Shown here one piece after another: positions 16,218-24,092 of a DNA stretch of 32,000 nucleotides (positions within the stretch are counted from its first letter, which is position 1; the number at the start of each line of letters is the position of its first letter). Below the pieces are notes generated by a model that had not been told where the DNA came from, did not search any database, and worked only from the letters and a program-made list of their open reading frames with translations. Source of the DNA: Sinorhizobium meliloti. Its GTDB lineage: Bacteria > Pseudomonadota > Alphaproteobacteria > Rhizobiales > Rhizobiaceae. The translations under genes and the position numbers were made by a program. The stretch spans positions 2,310,001 to 2,342,000 of the forward strand of contig NZ_JAGIOS010000001.1 in the NCBI RefSeq assembly GCF_017876815.1, read 5' to 3'.

Positions 16218-16703
16218 TCAGGCCTCCCTTTCGCGCAACGGTTCGGAGCGCCAGTGGTACAGAATGTCTGGCAGGCCCTCCTCGTTGTCGCCGCCCGTTC
16301 TGCGCACCGGCAGGAAGCCCTCACGTTCATAGAAGCGCTGGGCGCCACCGTTGTGTTCAAATGTCCAAAGCTTGAGCTCGGATCTCGCGCGTTTCTTGGC
16401 TTCGCGGATGAGGGTGGTTCCGATTCCGACGCCTCTGTGCCGTTCATCCAGATAGAGCGCGGTGACGAAGCCATCCGCGGACAGAGCGAGGAAGCCGGCG
16501 ATTTCGCCCCGACAGTCGGCAACGATGACGGGTCCGTTTGCAAAGACGCTTTCCCGGTAATGCCGCTCCACATCCTCCTGCGGATGAACCCGCGGCATCC
16601 ACGGTGTGGCGTCTATCCAGCGATTGAGAATACCGGCGCATGCCGGCATGTCCGCCAAGGTCGCATCGCGACAGGACACTTGAGCGGCGCGGCTACTCGT
16701 CAT
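16218..16703 (-). CDS. GNAT family N-acetyltransferase
   Basis: 161 aa with the acetyl-CoA motif LYLDERHRGVGIGTTLIREAKKRA and the C-terminal signature GAQRFYEREGF. The ATG (16703) overlaps the ATPase stop region by 11 nt. Confidence 0.88.
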   Translation of the reverse strand: MTSSRAAQVSCRDATLADMPACAGILNRWIDATPWMPRVHPQEDVERHYRESVFANGPVIVADCRGEIAGFLALSADGFVTALYLDERHRGVGIGTTLIREAKKRARSELKLWTFEHNGGAQRFYEREGFLPVRRTGGDNEEGLPDILYHWRSEPLREREA

Positions 16704-17484
16704 AGCTGTGCCCCGCTCTCAAGCCCTCGCGCACGCGATGCGCGATCTCGAGGAATTCCGGCGTTTCCCGAATGCCGAGCGGACGTGCCCTCGGAAGGGT
16801 CGATTCGATGACGTCCGTCACGCGGCCGGGGCGGGGACTCATGACGATGATCTTGGTCGAGAGGTAGACCGCTTCCGGAATGGAGTGCGTGACGAAACAG
16901 ATGGTCTTGTCGGTGCGCGCCCAGAGTTTGAGGAGTTGCTCGTTCAAATGGTCGCGGACGATCTCGTCGAGCGCCCCGAAGGGCTCGTCCATCAAAAGGA
17001 GATCGGCATCGAAGGCCAGCGCCCGGGCAATCGACGCGCGCTGCTGCATGCCGCCGGACAGCTGCCAGGGATATTTCTTGCCGAAGCCCGAGAGGTTGAC
17101 GAGTTCCAGCGTCCGCTCGATCCGCGCCTTCCGGTCCTCGCTGGAGTAACCCATGATCTCCAGCGGCAGCGCGATGTTCTTTTCGATCGTGCGCCAGGGA
17201 TAAAGGGCGGCCGCCTGGAAGACATAGCCATAGGCGCGCCGCCGGCGGGCCTCCTCGGGCGTCATGCCGTTGACGGAAATGGTGCCGGCCGTCGCCTTTT
17301 CGAGATCGGCGATGACGCGCAGAAACGTCGTCTTGCCGCAGCCGGACGGGCCGATGAAGGACACGAAGTCGCCCTTGACCACGTCGAGATTCACGCCGGT
17401 AAGTGCATTGACCGGTCCGTCGCTGGTCTCGAACGTCAGGCCGAGGTTCCGGGCCGAGACCACGGAGGCGGGATTGGATGTCAT
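16693..17484 (-). CDS. ABC transporter ATP-binding protein (NitT/TauT family)
   Basis: Contains Walker A GPSGCGKTT, signature LSGGMQQRASIARAL and Walker B LLLMDEPFGALD. A conservative start at ATG 17484 gives 263 aa. In-frame upstream ATG 17607 and the track start 17667 are possible but would run into the divergent cupin start. Confidence 0.88.
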   Translation of the reverse strand: MTSNPASVVSARNLGLTFETSDGPVNALTGVNLDVVKGDFVSFIGPSGCGKTTFLRVIADLEKATAGTISVNGMTPEEARRRRAYGYVFQAAALYPWRTIEKNIALPLEIMGYSSEDRKARIERTLELVNLSGFGKKYPWQLSGGMQQRASIARALAFDADLLLMDEPFGALDEIVRDHLNEQLLKLWARTDKTICFVTHSIPEAVYLSTKIIVMSPRPGRVTDVIESTLPRARPLGIRETPEFLEIAHRVREGLRAGHSYDE

Positions 17485-17605
17485 GGACGGATTCTCATTA
17501 TCGACTGCCTGTGTCAGACTGCTATCCGGACCCGCAACATGCAATGGCGGATTTGCCGGCGAGGTCGCCTGCTGTTGGTTTTTCAGCGTATTCTGGAGGA
17601 CGGTC

Positions 17606-18019
17606 ATGTCTCGATCACCCAATCCTGGCTGTCGCGTGGTCCGCCCGGGCGATGCCTTTGCCGGCAAGCAGGGGCTCGATTATTTCGAGGGTATTGCCAC
17701 GGAAACGGTCGGCTCCACCGGCATCTGCATGCATCTCGTGACCATGCCGCCCGGTGCGCGCGCCAAGGCACATCTTCATGAGACCCACGAAACGGCGATC
17801 TACGTGCTCTCCGGCGAAGCGCACACCTGGTTCGGCGAGCGGCTCGAAGAACACGTGATCACCAGGGCGGGAGATATGCTCTACATTCCCCCCGGCGTGC
17901 CGCACCTCCCGGCGAACCTCTCGGACGCCCCTTGCACGGCGGTGATCGCCCGGACGGACCCGAAAGGAAACGAGAGCGTCTTGCTGCTGCCCGAGCTCGA
18001 CGGGCTGGTGCCCTCCTGA
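17606..18019 (+). CDS. cupin domain protein (metal-binding, function unknown)
   Basis: ATG 17606 lies 5 nt after GGAGGA. Both cupin motifs are present: G-x5-HLHETHE (GARAKAHLHETHETAIYVLSG) and GDMLYIPPGVPHLPAN, an exact G-x5-P-x-G-x2-H-x3-N. The track start 17264 is antisense to the ATPase gene. Confidence 0.85.
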   Translation: MSRSPNPGCRVVRPGDAFAGKQGLDYFEGIATETVGSTGICMHLVTMPPGARAKAHLHETHETAIYVLSGEAHTWFGERLEEHVITRAGDMLYIPPGVPHLPANLSDAPCTAVIARTDPKGNESVLLLPELDGLVPS

Positions 18020-18070
18020 CTGCCCGGGTACGGTTTTTTCTCTAAAGGCACAGGGCTGCGGCATCTCGGA

Positions 18071-19525
18071 TCAGACGCCGCTTGCGGGAATGCCGCTGCG
18101 CTGCACCGCCCGTGGCGCCGTCACTTCCTTCCAGGTGGAAAGCGCGGTGCTGACCGCCGGGAAGGGATCGCGCCGGACGAATTCGCCGTGGCCCTCCTGC
18201 GTCTTCACGGTTCCTTCCTCGATCGAAACCACGCCGCGCGTCAGCGTGAAGCGCGGCAGACCGGTGACCGTCTTTCCCTCGAAGACGTTGTAGTCGATCG
18301 CCGATTGCTGCGTCTTCGCAGAGATCGTCTTGGAGCGCTTCGGGTCCCAGACGACAAGGTCCGCATCGGCGCCGACGAGGATCGCCCCCTTCTTCGGATA
18401 GATGTTCAGGATCTTGGCGATGTTGGTGGAGGTTACCGCAACGAATTCGTTCATGGTGATGCGGCCGGTCGCAACACCATAGGTCCAGAGCATCGGCATG
18501 CGGTCTTCCAGCCCACCGGTGCCGTTCGGGATCCTGGTGAAATCGCCGACTCCGAAGCGCTTCTGCTCGGTCGTGAAGGCGCAATGGTCGGTCGCGACCA
18601 CCTGGAGCGAACCGGAGGCAAGCCCCGCCCAGAGGCTGTCCTGGTGAAGTTTGTTGCGGAAGGGCGGCGACATCACCCGGCGGGCGGCGTGGTCCCAATC
18701 CTTGTCGAAATATTCGGTCTCATCGAGCGTCAGGTGCTGGATCAAGGGCTCGCCGAAGACGCGCATGCCCTTGGCGCGGGCGCGCCGGATCGCTTCATGC
18801 GCCTGTTCGCACGAAGTATGAACGATGTAGACGGGACAGCCGGCCATGTCGGCGATCATGATCGCGCGGTTGGCGGCCTCGCCCTCGACTTCTGCCGGAC
18901 GCGAATAGGCATGTGCCTCCGGGCCGCTATTGCCTTCCGCCAGCAGCTTCGCCTGCAGTTGCGCCACCACGTCGCCGTTTTCGGCGTGGACCAGCGGCAG
19001 CGCGCCGAGCGCCGCACAGCGTTGGAAGGAGGAGAACATCTCGTCGTCGTCCACCATCAGCGCGCCCTTGTAGGCCATGAAGTGCTTGAAGGTGTTGATG
19101 CCCTTGTCCTTTACGATCGTCTCCATCTCGTTGAAGACCTGCTCGCCCCACCAGGTGATGGCCATGTGGAAGGAATAGTCGCAGTTGGCGCGCGTCGATT
19201 TGTTGTCCCACATGGTGAGCGCCTCGAGCAGCGACTGGCCGGGCGAGGGGAGTGCGAAATCGACGACCATGGTGGTGCCGCCGGCAAGAGCCGCGCGGGT
19301 CCCGCTTTCGAAATCGTCGGAGGAATAGGTGCCCATGAAGGGCATTTCGAGATGCGTATGCGGGTCGATGCCGCCCGGCATCACGTAGCAGCCGGTGGCG
19401 TCGAGCGTTTCGGCGCCGGAGAGATTCGGCCCGATTTCGACGATCCTGCCGCCTTCCACCTTTACATCGGCCTTGTAGGTCAGGTCGGCCGTGACGATGG
19501 TTCCACCCTTGATGACAGTGCTCAT
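18071..19525 (-). CDS. dht: dihydropyrimidinase / D-hydantoinase
   Basis: 484 aa, MSTVIKGGTIVTADLTYKADVKVEGGRIVEIG...GGIDPHTHLEMPFMG...FKHFMAYKGALMV. This is the cyclic amidohydrolase signature. SD AGGGGAA lies upstream. Confidence 0.95.
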   Translation of the reverse strand: MSTVIKGGTIVTADLTYKADVKVEGGRIVEIGPNLSGAETLDATGCYVMPGGIDPHTHLEMPFMGTYSSDDFESGTRAALAGGTTMVVDFALPSPGQSLLEALTMWDNKSTRANCDYSFHMAITWWGEQVFNEMETIVKDKGINTFKHFMAYKGALMVDDDEMFSSFQRCAALGALPLVHAENGDVVAQLQAKLLAEGNSGPEAHAYSRPAEVEGEAANRAIMIADMAGCPVYIVHTSCEQAHEAIRRARAKGMRVFGEPLIQHLTLDETEYFDKDWDHAARRVMSPPFRNKLHQDSLWAGLASGSLQVVATDHCAFTTEQKRFGVGDFTRIPNGTGGLEDRMPMLWTYGVATGRITMNEFVAVTSTNIAKILNIYPKKGAILVGADADLVVWDPKRSKTISAKTQQSAIDYNVFEGKTVTGLPRFTLTRGVVSIEEGTVKTQEGHGEFVRRDPFPAVSTALSTWKEVTAPRAVQRSGIPASGV

Positions 19526-19566
19526 TGGTTCGTTCCCCTGGATGGTGCTTTCGGCGGCTCGGGCCG

Positions 19567-19669
19567 CCTACAGCGCCGCGCGTCTCAGACGCGCAAAGGA
19601 CGCTGTAGCCTTTGAGTTGCTGCATGTTTTGTCCGTTGATCGGCTACGATCAAAGGAAACATGCAGTAG
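19567..19669 (+). repeat. about 105-bp palindromic intergenic repeat (RIME/REP-like), copy C
   Basis: cctacagcgccgcgcgtctcagacgcgcaaaggacgctgtagcctttgagttgctgcatgttttgtccgttgatcggctacgatcaaaggaaacatgcagtag. It is the inverted orientation of copy A. It lies between the carbamoylase stop and the dihydropyrimidinase start. Confidence 0.85.
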
Positions 19670-19702
19670 AAAAGGGCGGAACCACCGTCCCGCCCGCAAA
19701 AC

Positions 19703-20953
19703 TCATTCCACGATTTCCGCCGTTTCGAGCACGGCGTGGAACAGGACGTCCGCACCGGCGGCCGCCCATTCCCTGGAGATATCCTCCGCCTCGTTATGGC
19801 TGAGCCCGCCGACGCAGGGGCACATGATCATCGTGGTCGGCGCGACCTTTGCGGCCCAGCAGGCATCGTGTCCGGCGCCGGAAACGAGATTCATGTGGCT
19901 GTAGCCGAGCTTCTCGGCGGCCCCGCGTACCGTCTCGACCAGCTTGGGGTCGAAGGTGACGGGGTCGAAATGCCCGACCGCCTCGATGGAACAGCCGACG
20001 CCGAGCCGCTCGCAGATTTTTGGCGCTTCGGCTTCGATCCGGGCGCGCATGCCGTCCAGTTTGGCCTGGTCGGGCGAGCGGATGTCGACGGTGAACACTA
20101 CTTTGCCCGGCAGGACGTTGCGCGAATTGGGCGAAAAGAACATCTGGCCGACGCCGCCGACGGCGCCCGGCTGGTTTTCCATGGCGACGGTCTGGACCAT
20201 TTCGAGGATGCGCGCCATGGCGAGGCCTGCATTGACGCGCATGTCCATCGGCGTCGAGCCGGTATGCGCTTCCCTGCCGGTCAGCGTGAACTCCAGCCAC
20301 CGGAGGCCCTGACAGTGCGTGACGACGCCGATCTGCTTGTTCTCGGCCTCGAGGATAGGCCCCTGTTCGATGTGGTATTCGAAATAGGCGTGCATCTTGC
20401 GCGCGCCGACCTCTTCATCGCCGAGCCAGCCGATGCGCTTCAGTTCGTCGCCGAAGCTCTTTCCTTCGGGATCCTTGCGGGCATAGGCGTATTCGAGGGT
20501 ATGGACCCCGGCAAATACGCCGGAGGCGAGCATGGCAGGCGCAAAACGCGCTCCTTCCTCGTTGGTCCAGTTGGTCACGACGATCGGGTGCTTCGTCTTG
20601 ATGCCGAGGTCGTTCATCGTGCGTACGGCCTCGAGGCCGCTCAGGACGCCGAGGACCCCGTCGAACTTGCCGCCGGTCGGCTGTGTGTCGAGATGCGAGC
20701 CGATATGGACGGGCAGCGCATCCGGATCGGTACCGGGTCGCGTTAGGAACATGGTGCCCATCTTGTCGACGCCCATGGAGAGCCCCGCCTCTTCGCACCA
20801 GGACTGGAAAAGCCGGCGACCTTCGCCGTCCGCATCCGTCAAGGTCTGGCGGTTGTTGCCGCCGGCAACGCCGGGGCCGATCTTCGCCATTTCCATCAAC
20901 GAATCCCATAGACGGTCGGCATTGACGCGCCTATTCTCGCCAGGTGCTGCCAT
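19703..20953 (-). CDS. M20-family N-carbamoyl-L-amino-acid / N-carbamoyl-beta-alanine amidohydrolase (beta-ureidopropionase, AmaB-type)
   Basis: ATG 20953 lies 6 nt after GAGGAGA. The 416-aa product is MAAPGENRRVNADRLWDSLMEMAKIGPGVAGGNNRQTLTDADGEGR...GSHLDTQPTGGKFDGVLGV...EEG.RF. The track start 21067 is an extension. Confidence 0.9.
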   Translation of the reverse strand: MAAPGENRRVNADRLWDSLMEMAKIGPGVAGGNNRQTLTDADGEGRRLFQSWCEEAGLSMGVDKMGTMFLTRPGTDPDALPVHIGSHLDTQPTGGKFDGVLGVLSGLEAVRTMNDLGIKTKHPIVVTNWTNEEGARFAPAMLASGVFAGVHTLEYAYARKDPEGKSFGDELKRIGWLGDEEVGARKMHAYFEYHIEQGPILEAENKQIGVVTHCQGLRWLEFTLTGREAHTGSTPMDMRVNAGLAMARILEMVQTVAMENQPGAVGGVGQMFFSPNSRNVLPGKVVFTVDIRSPDQAKLDGMRARIEAEAPKICERLGVGCSIEAVGHFDPVTFDPKLVETVRGAAEKLGYSHMNLVSGAGHDACWAAKVAPTTMIMCPCVGGLSHNEAEDISREWAAAGADVLFHAVLETAEIVE

Positions 20954-21080
20954 GGCGTTCTCCTCTATTGTCGGCCAGTCCCTCCCCGGGATAGCCCTCA
21001 TGTTCCCGTCGGCCAAATCGGGGCCTTGTTGTGATGCCCTTCGATCAGGCGTTGCCTTTGTCGGCAATCTGACTGATAAT

Positions 21081-21096
21081 TTGACCGGTTGGTAAA
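21081..21096. promoter_or_regulatory. RutR-box-like operator
   Basis: TTGACCGGTTGGTAAA compared with the enterobacterial RutR consensus TTGACCAnnTGGTCAA (12 of 14 specified positions). It lies in the divergent region between the carbamoylase gene and the RutR-like gene. Confidence 0.5.
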
Positions 21097-21231
21097 CATT
21101 ACAACTTCCGTGGCGGCACTCAAGCCGGAAAAAGAAAAAAACAGGAGTTGTTGCTCAAAAAAACGGCGCGTCCGATTTTTGGGCAGCCCGCGCCGGACGT
21201 CATATGCCTGGGGGTATGGACAGGGGACGAG

Positions 21232-21873
21232 ATGGTACTTCCGAGAGCGGCTAGAACCCAGAGGCGCACGCGCATTCAGGAGGAGAAGGAGGAGCAGATC
21301 CTCGAGGCGGCGCTGGAGGTGTTTTCCGCAAACGGCTTTCGCGGTTCGACGATCGATCAGATCGCTGACGTGGCGGGCATGTCGAAGCCGAACCTGCTCT
21401 ATTATTTCCGCACCAAAGAGGCGATGCATCGCGCGCTGATAGACCGCGTTCTCGACACCTGGCTCGATCCGCTGCGCGCGTTCGATGCCGAGGGCAATCC
21501 GGTCGCCGAGATCCGCAGCTATATCCGCCGCAAGCTCGAAATGGCGCGCGACTTCCCGCGCGAAAGCCGGCTGTTCGCCAATGAGGTCCTGCAGGGCGCC
21601 CCGCGTATCGTGGACGAGCTCAAGGGTCCGCTGAAGCAACTGGTGGACGAAAAGGCCGAGGTCATCCGCAGCTGGGCCAAGGCGGGCAAGATCGCAAAAT
21701 GCGACCCTTATCACCTGATCTTCGCCATCTGGTCGACGACGCAGCACTATGCCGATTTCGACGTTCAGGTGCGCGCCGTGCTCGGCCAGGAGAATGCCGG
21801 CGAGGGGCGCTTCGAGGACGCCGCACGCTTTCTAGAGCGGCTGTTCGTCGACGGGCTGCAGGTGCGGGAGTAG
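21232..21873 (+). CDS. rutR: TetR-family regulator, RutR-like (pyrimidine catabolism)
   Basis: 213 aa with the TetR HTH ILEAALEVFSANGFRGSTIDQIADVAGMSKPNLLYYFRTKEAM. The C-terminal domain carries WSTTQHYADF, as in RutR. ATG 21232 follows GGGGA. Confidence 0.85.
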   Translation: MVLPRAARTQRRTRIQEEKEEQILEAALEVFSANGFRGSTIDQIADVAGMSKPNLLYYFRTKEAMHRALIDRVLDTWLDPLRAFDAEGNPVAEIRSYIRRKLEMARDFPRESRLFANEVLQGAPRIVDELKGPLKQLVDEKAEVIRSWAKAGKIAKCDPYHLIFAIWSTTQHYADFDVQVRAVLGQENAGEGRFEDAARFLERLFVDGLQVRE

Positions 21874-21904
21874 GGGCTTTTTTTGGCGAGAAGCTTTGCG
21901 GCGT

Positions 21905-22067
21905 GCCCCTCATCCGGCTGCCGCCACCTTCTCCCCGCAGGCGGGGAGAAGGGACAAGCGGCGCCAACTGAACCCCGCATTCACCGCCCGCCCGAGGGAG
22001 CGAGCGGGCGCGGCATATCCCTTCTCCCCGCCTGCGGGGAGAAGGTGGCGGCAGCCGGTTGAGGGGC
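21905..22067. repeat. 50-bp near-perfect inverted repeat pair (rhizobial GC-rich palindromic element)
   Basis: Arm A 21905-21954 is gcccctcatccggctgccgccaccttctccccgcaggcggggagaaggga. Arm B 22018-22067 is its reverse complement with one mismatch, after a 63-bp spacer. Each arm contains its own hairpin ttctccccgcaggcggggagaa. A related degenerate copy lies at about 22180-22258. Confidence 0.9.
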
Positions 22068-22271
22068 AACCAACCCCGACCGAGCGGGGTTGAGCCGGTT
22101 GGGTTCCCGAGGGATCCCCTTCATGAGCAGTATCCGCCGCCCCGGCGCGCAAGAGATATGTGCATGCCGTAGGCTTTCGACGGGGAGAAGGGACTCGCGG
22201 CTCGCGTCTTGCGTCTTTCCGTCCCCTCTCTCCCGCGCGAGGGGAGAGGGTGAGGGGCAAATCGGGGCTGG

Positions 22272-23945
22272 TCAACCCTGCATCGGCAGCGAAAGCGAGA
22301 GCTGCGCCGCGTCACCGATGATCCAGGTTTCCAGAGTCGCCTTGCGGCCCCGCAGGCCGATTTCCAGCCGTCTGTGGCCTTCGAAGCTGAGGCCGGCGCG
22401 CTCGACCAGTTCGGCGGAAACGGCAAGCTCGACGTCGTGCTCCTTCGCGAGACCTTCCAGCCGGCTCGCCGTATTGATCGTGTCGCCGACGACCGTGAGC
22501 GAGGTTGCCTGGCCGTAGCCCATTTCGCCGATGATCGCCGGGCCCGCGTGGAGGCCGATGGCGAGCCTCAGTGGCTGCTCGAGTTCCCCTTCGAAGGTCT
22601 GGTTGAGCGCCCGGATTCCCTGCGACAACCGGGCGGCGGCCGAAAGTGCCTGGCGGCAGGCCTCCGGCAGAGGGGTCTTCAGTCCGAAGATCGCGAGCGC
22701 CCCGTCGCCGATGAACTTGTCGACGACGCCACCGGAACCTTCGACGGCTTCGCCGACGACTTCGAAATAGCGGTTGAGCAGAAAGACCGTGTCGTAGGGC
22801 AGCCGGTGCTCGGCGATGCGGGTGAAATCACGCAGGTCGCAGAAGAGCACGGCGACACGGCGCTCGCGTCCGCCGGCGTTCTGGCGGGCAAGCTGCGTCT
22901 TGATCCCGAGGCTGTCGGTGTCGAGGATGGGCACGACGCTCACATTGTGCACGGGGCGGAACTGGCAGGCGAGGCGTACGTTCTCGGGAGCGCCGATGCG
23001 GGTCAGCGTCGCGAGTTCTGCAGCTTCCGGCGGCGGCTGGCCTTCGAGCCCCTGCGTTATCCGCACGCGACAGGTGGAACAGCGCCCGCGCCCGCCGCAG
23101 ACGGAAACATGAGGAATTCCGGCCGCCCGGCTGGCCTCCAGAACGCTGAAGCCGAGGCTGACGGCGGCGACCCGGCCGTCCGGATAACGAATACGAATAC
23201 GGCCGCGCGCCGGCAGGGCGCGCAGAACGAGGGTGCCGCCGATCAGGCTTGCGAAGCCGCCATAGAATGCCAGCCTGATCTTATCGAGAAGGTTAGGGTC
23301 GACGCGAGGTGCCTGGCTGGAATAGGCCCTGTCGCCGTAACCGCCATGTTCCGCGTAGTCGCGCTCCAGTGAACGGGCGCCGTTGACGAAGCCGAGCAGT
23401 GCGAAGATCGGCACCAGCAGGGCGACGGTATAGAGCAGCGTTTCGTATTTCGGAAACCAGGCGCGCCCTCGCATCCAGAACCAGGCGCCAAGACAGGCGT
23501 GACCCCAGACGACGATGAGCGCAAGCGACTGACGAGAGGTGTTGAACGAGCTTGACCAGAGGGTGCGCAGGATCGCGGGGTAGTCTGGATAAACACCTGA
23601 AAGAAGCGGCTCCACGCGGGCGGCGACCACGTGAGGCACAAGCAGAAAGGGCAGACTCAGGCCGAAGATGATCTTCAGGGCTTCGCCGACAGGCATGCGG
23701 AACGTTTGCCGCCGGTAGAGACTGTCGAGCGCCATCAGGAAATGCAGCAGCAGCGCGCCGTAGAGGAGGGCCGTTCCGGGAATGCTCTGCCAAACCGAGG
23801 TGAATATCCGCCGGCCCGTTTCCATCGCATCGATCGAGACGAGCCCGAGCGCGTGATTCGAGAAGTGCAAGAGCACGAAAACGCCGAGTACGGCCCCTGA
23901 GATCAGGTGCATCTTCTTGCGCGTGCTGGCGGATAGGATCGTCAA
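22272..23945 (-). CDS. cyaC: membrane-anchored class III adenylate cyclase with [2Fe-2S] ferredoxin domain (CyaC-like)
   Basis: About six N-terminal TM helices carry conserved His. A plant-type ferredoxin module follows (VCGGRGRCSTCRV...RLACQ). The cyclase homology domain reads VAVLFCDLRDFTRIAE...DKFIGDGALAIFG...GLHAGPAIIGEMG...VVGDTINTASRLE. Start is TTG 23945; an alternative ATG is at 23912. Confidence 0.88.
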   Translation of the reverse strand: MTILSASTRKKMHLISGAVLGVFVLLHFSNHALGLVSIDAMETGRRIFTSVWQSIPGTALLYGALLLHFLMALDSLYRRQTFRMPVGEALKIIFGLSLPFLLVPHVVAARVEPLLSGVYPDYPAILRTLWSSSFNTSRQSLALIVVWGHACLGAWFWMRGRAWFPKYETLLYTVALLVPIFALLGFVNGARSLERDYAEHGGYGDRAYSSQAPRVDPNLLDKIRLAFYGGFASLIGGTLVLRALPARGRIRIRYPDGRVAAVSLGFSVLEASRAAGIPHVSVCGGRGRCSTCRVRITQGLEGQPPPEAAELATLTRIGAPENVRLACQFRPVHNVSVVPILDTDSLGIKTQLARQNAGGRERRVAVLFCDLRDFTRIAEHRLPYDTVFLLNRYFEVVGEAVEGSGGVVDKFIGDGALAIFGLKTPLPEACRQALSAAARLSQGIRALNQTFEGELEQPLRLAIGLHAGPAIIGEMGYGQATSLTVVGDTINTASRLEGLAKEHDVELAVSAELVERAGLSFEGHRRLEIGLRGRKATLETWIIGDAAQLSLSLPMQG

Positions 23946-24092
23946 ACAAACTTGCCTGGGTCTGGCGGCCTTGGAGCGGCTCGCTTCGGTGTCCTCCTTA
24001 TTTACCAGATCATCGGTGCCGGCAACTTACGTTTTCTAAACGAACTGTTTCGCTTTTCGGGTGTTGCGCGGAGTGCGTGTTCCCATGCCGTC

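Noticed and set aside
17485-17667. Longer ABC ATPase starting at ATG 17607 or at 17667. The 17607 ATG and the cupin ATG 17606 would share one palindromic CATG.
   Set aside because: Two divergent genes overlapping at their start codons would leave no room for promoters. The extension is Q/N/P-rich, has lower third-position GC than the gene body and lacks an SD. It is kept as an alternative only; N-terminal proteomics or ribosome profiling would settle it.
1-21873. Idea that the urease cluster and the pyrimidine/hydantoin genes form one urea-producing and urea-consuming system.
   Set aside because: The reductive pathway encoded here (PreTA, dihydropyrimidinase, carbamoylase) releases NH3, CO2 and beta-alanine, not urea. 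The clusters are also separated by an unrelated RND operon in opposite orientation. Proximity is most simply a shared nitrogen-scavenging neighbourhood.
21896-22275. ORFs 21896..22093, 21910..22275, 21662..22069 and 8054..8278 (peptides such as FSPQAGRRDKRRQL, PSPRRRGEG, GWIPVTGTGMRK).
   Set aside because: They are read-throughs of the GC-rich palindromic repeat elements. The same peptides arise wherever the repeat occurs, so they are repeat artefacts rather than genes.
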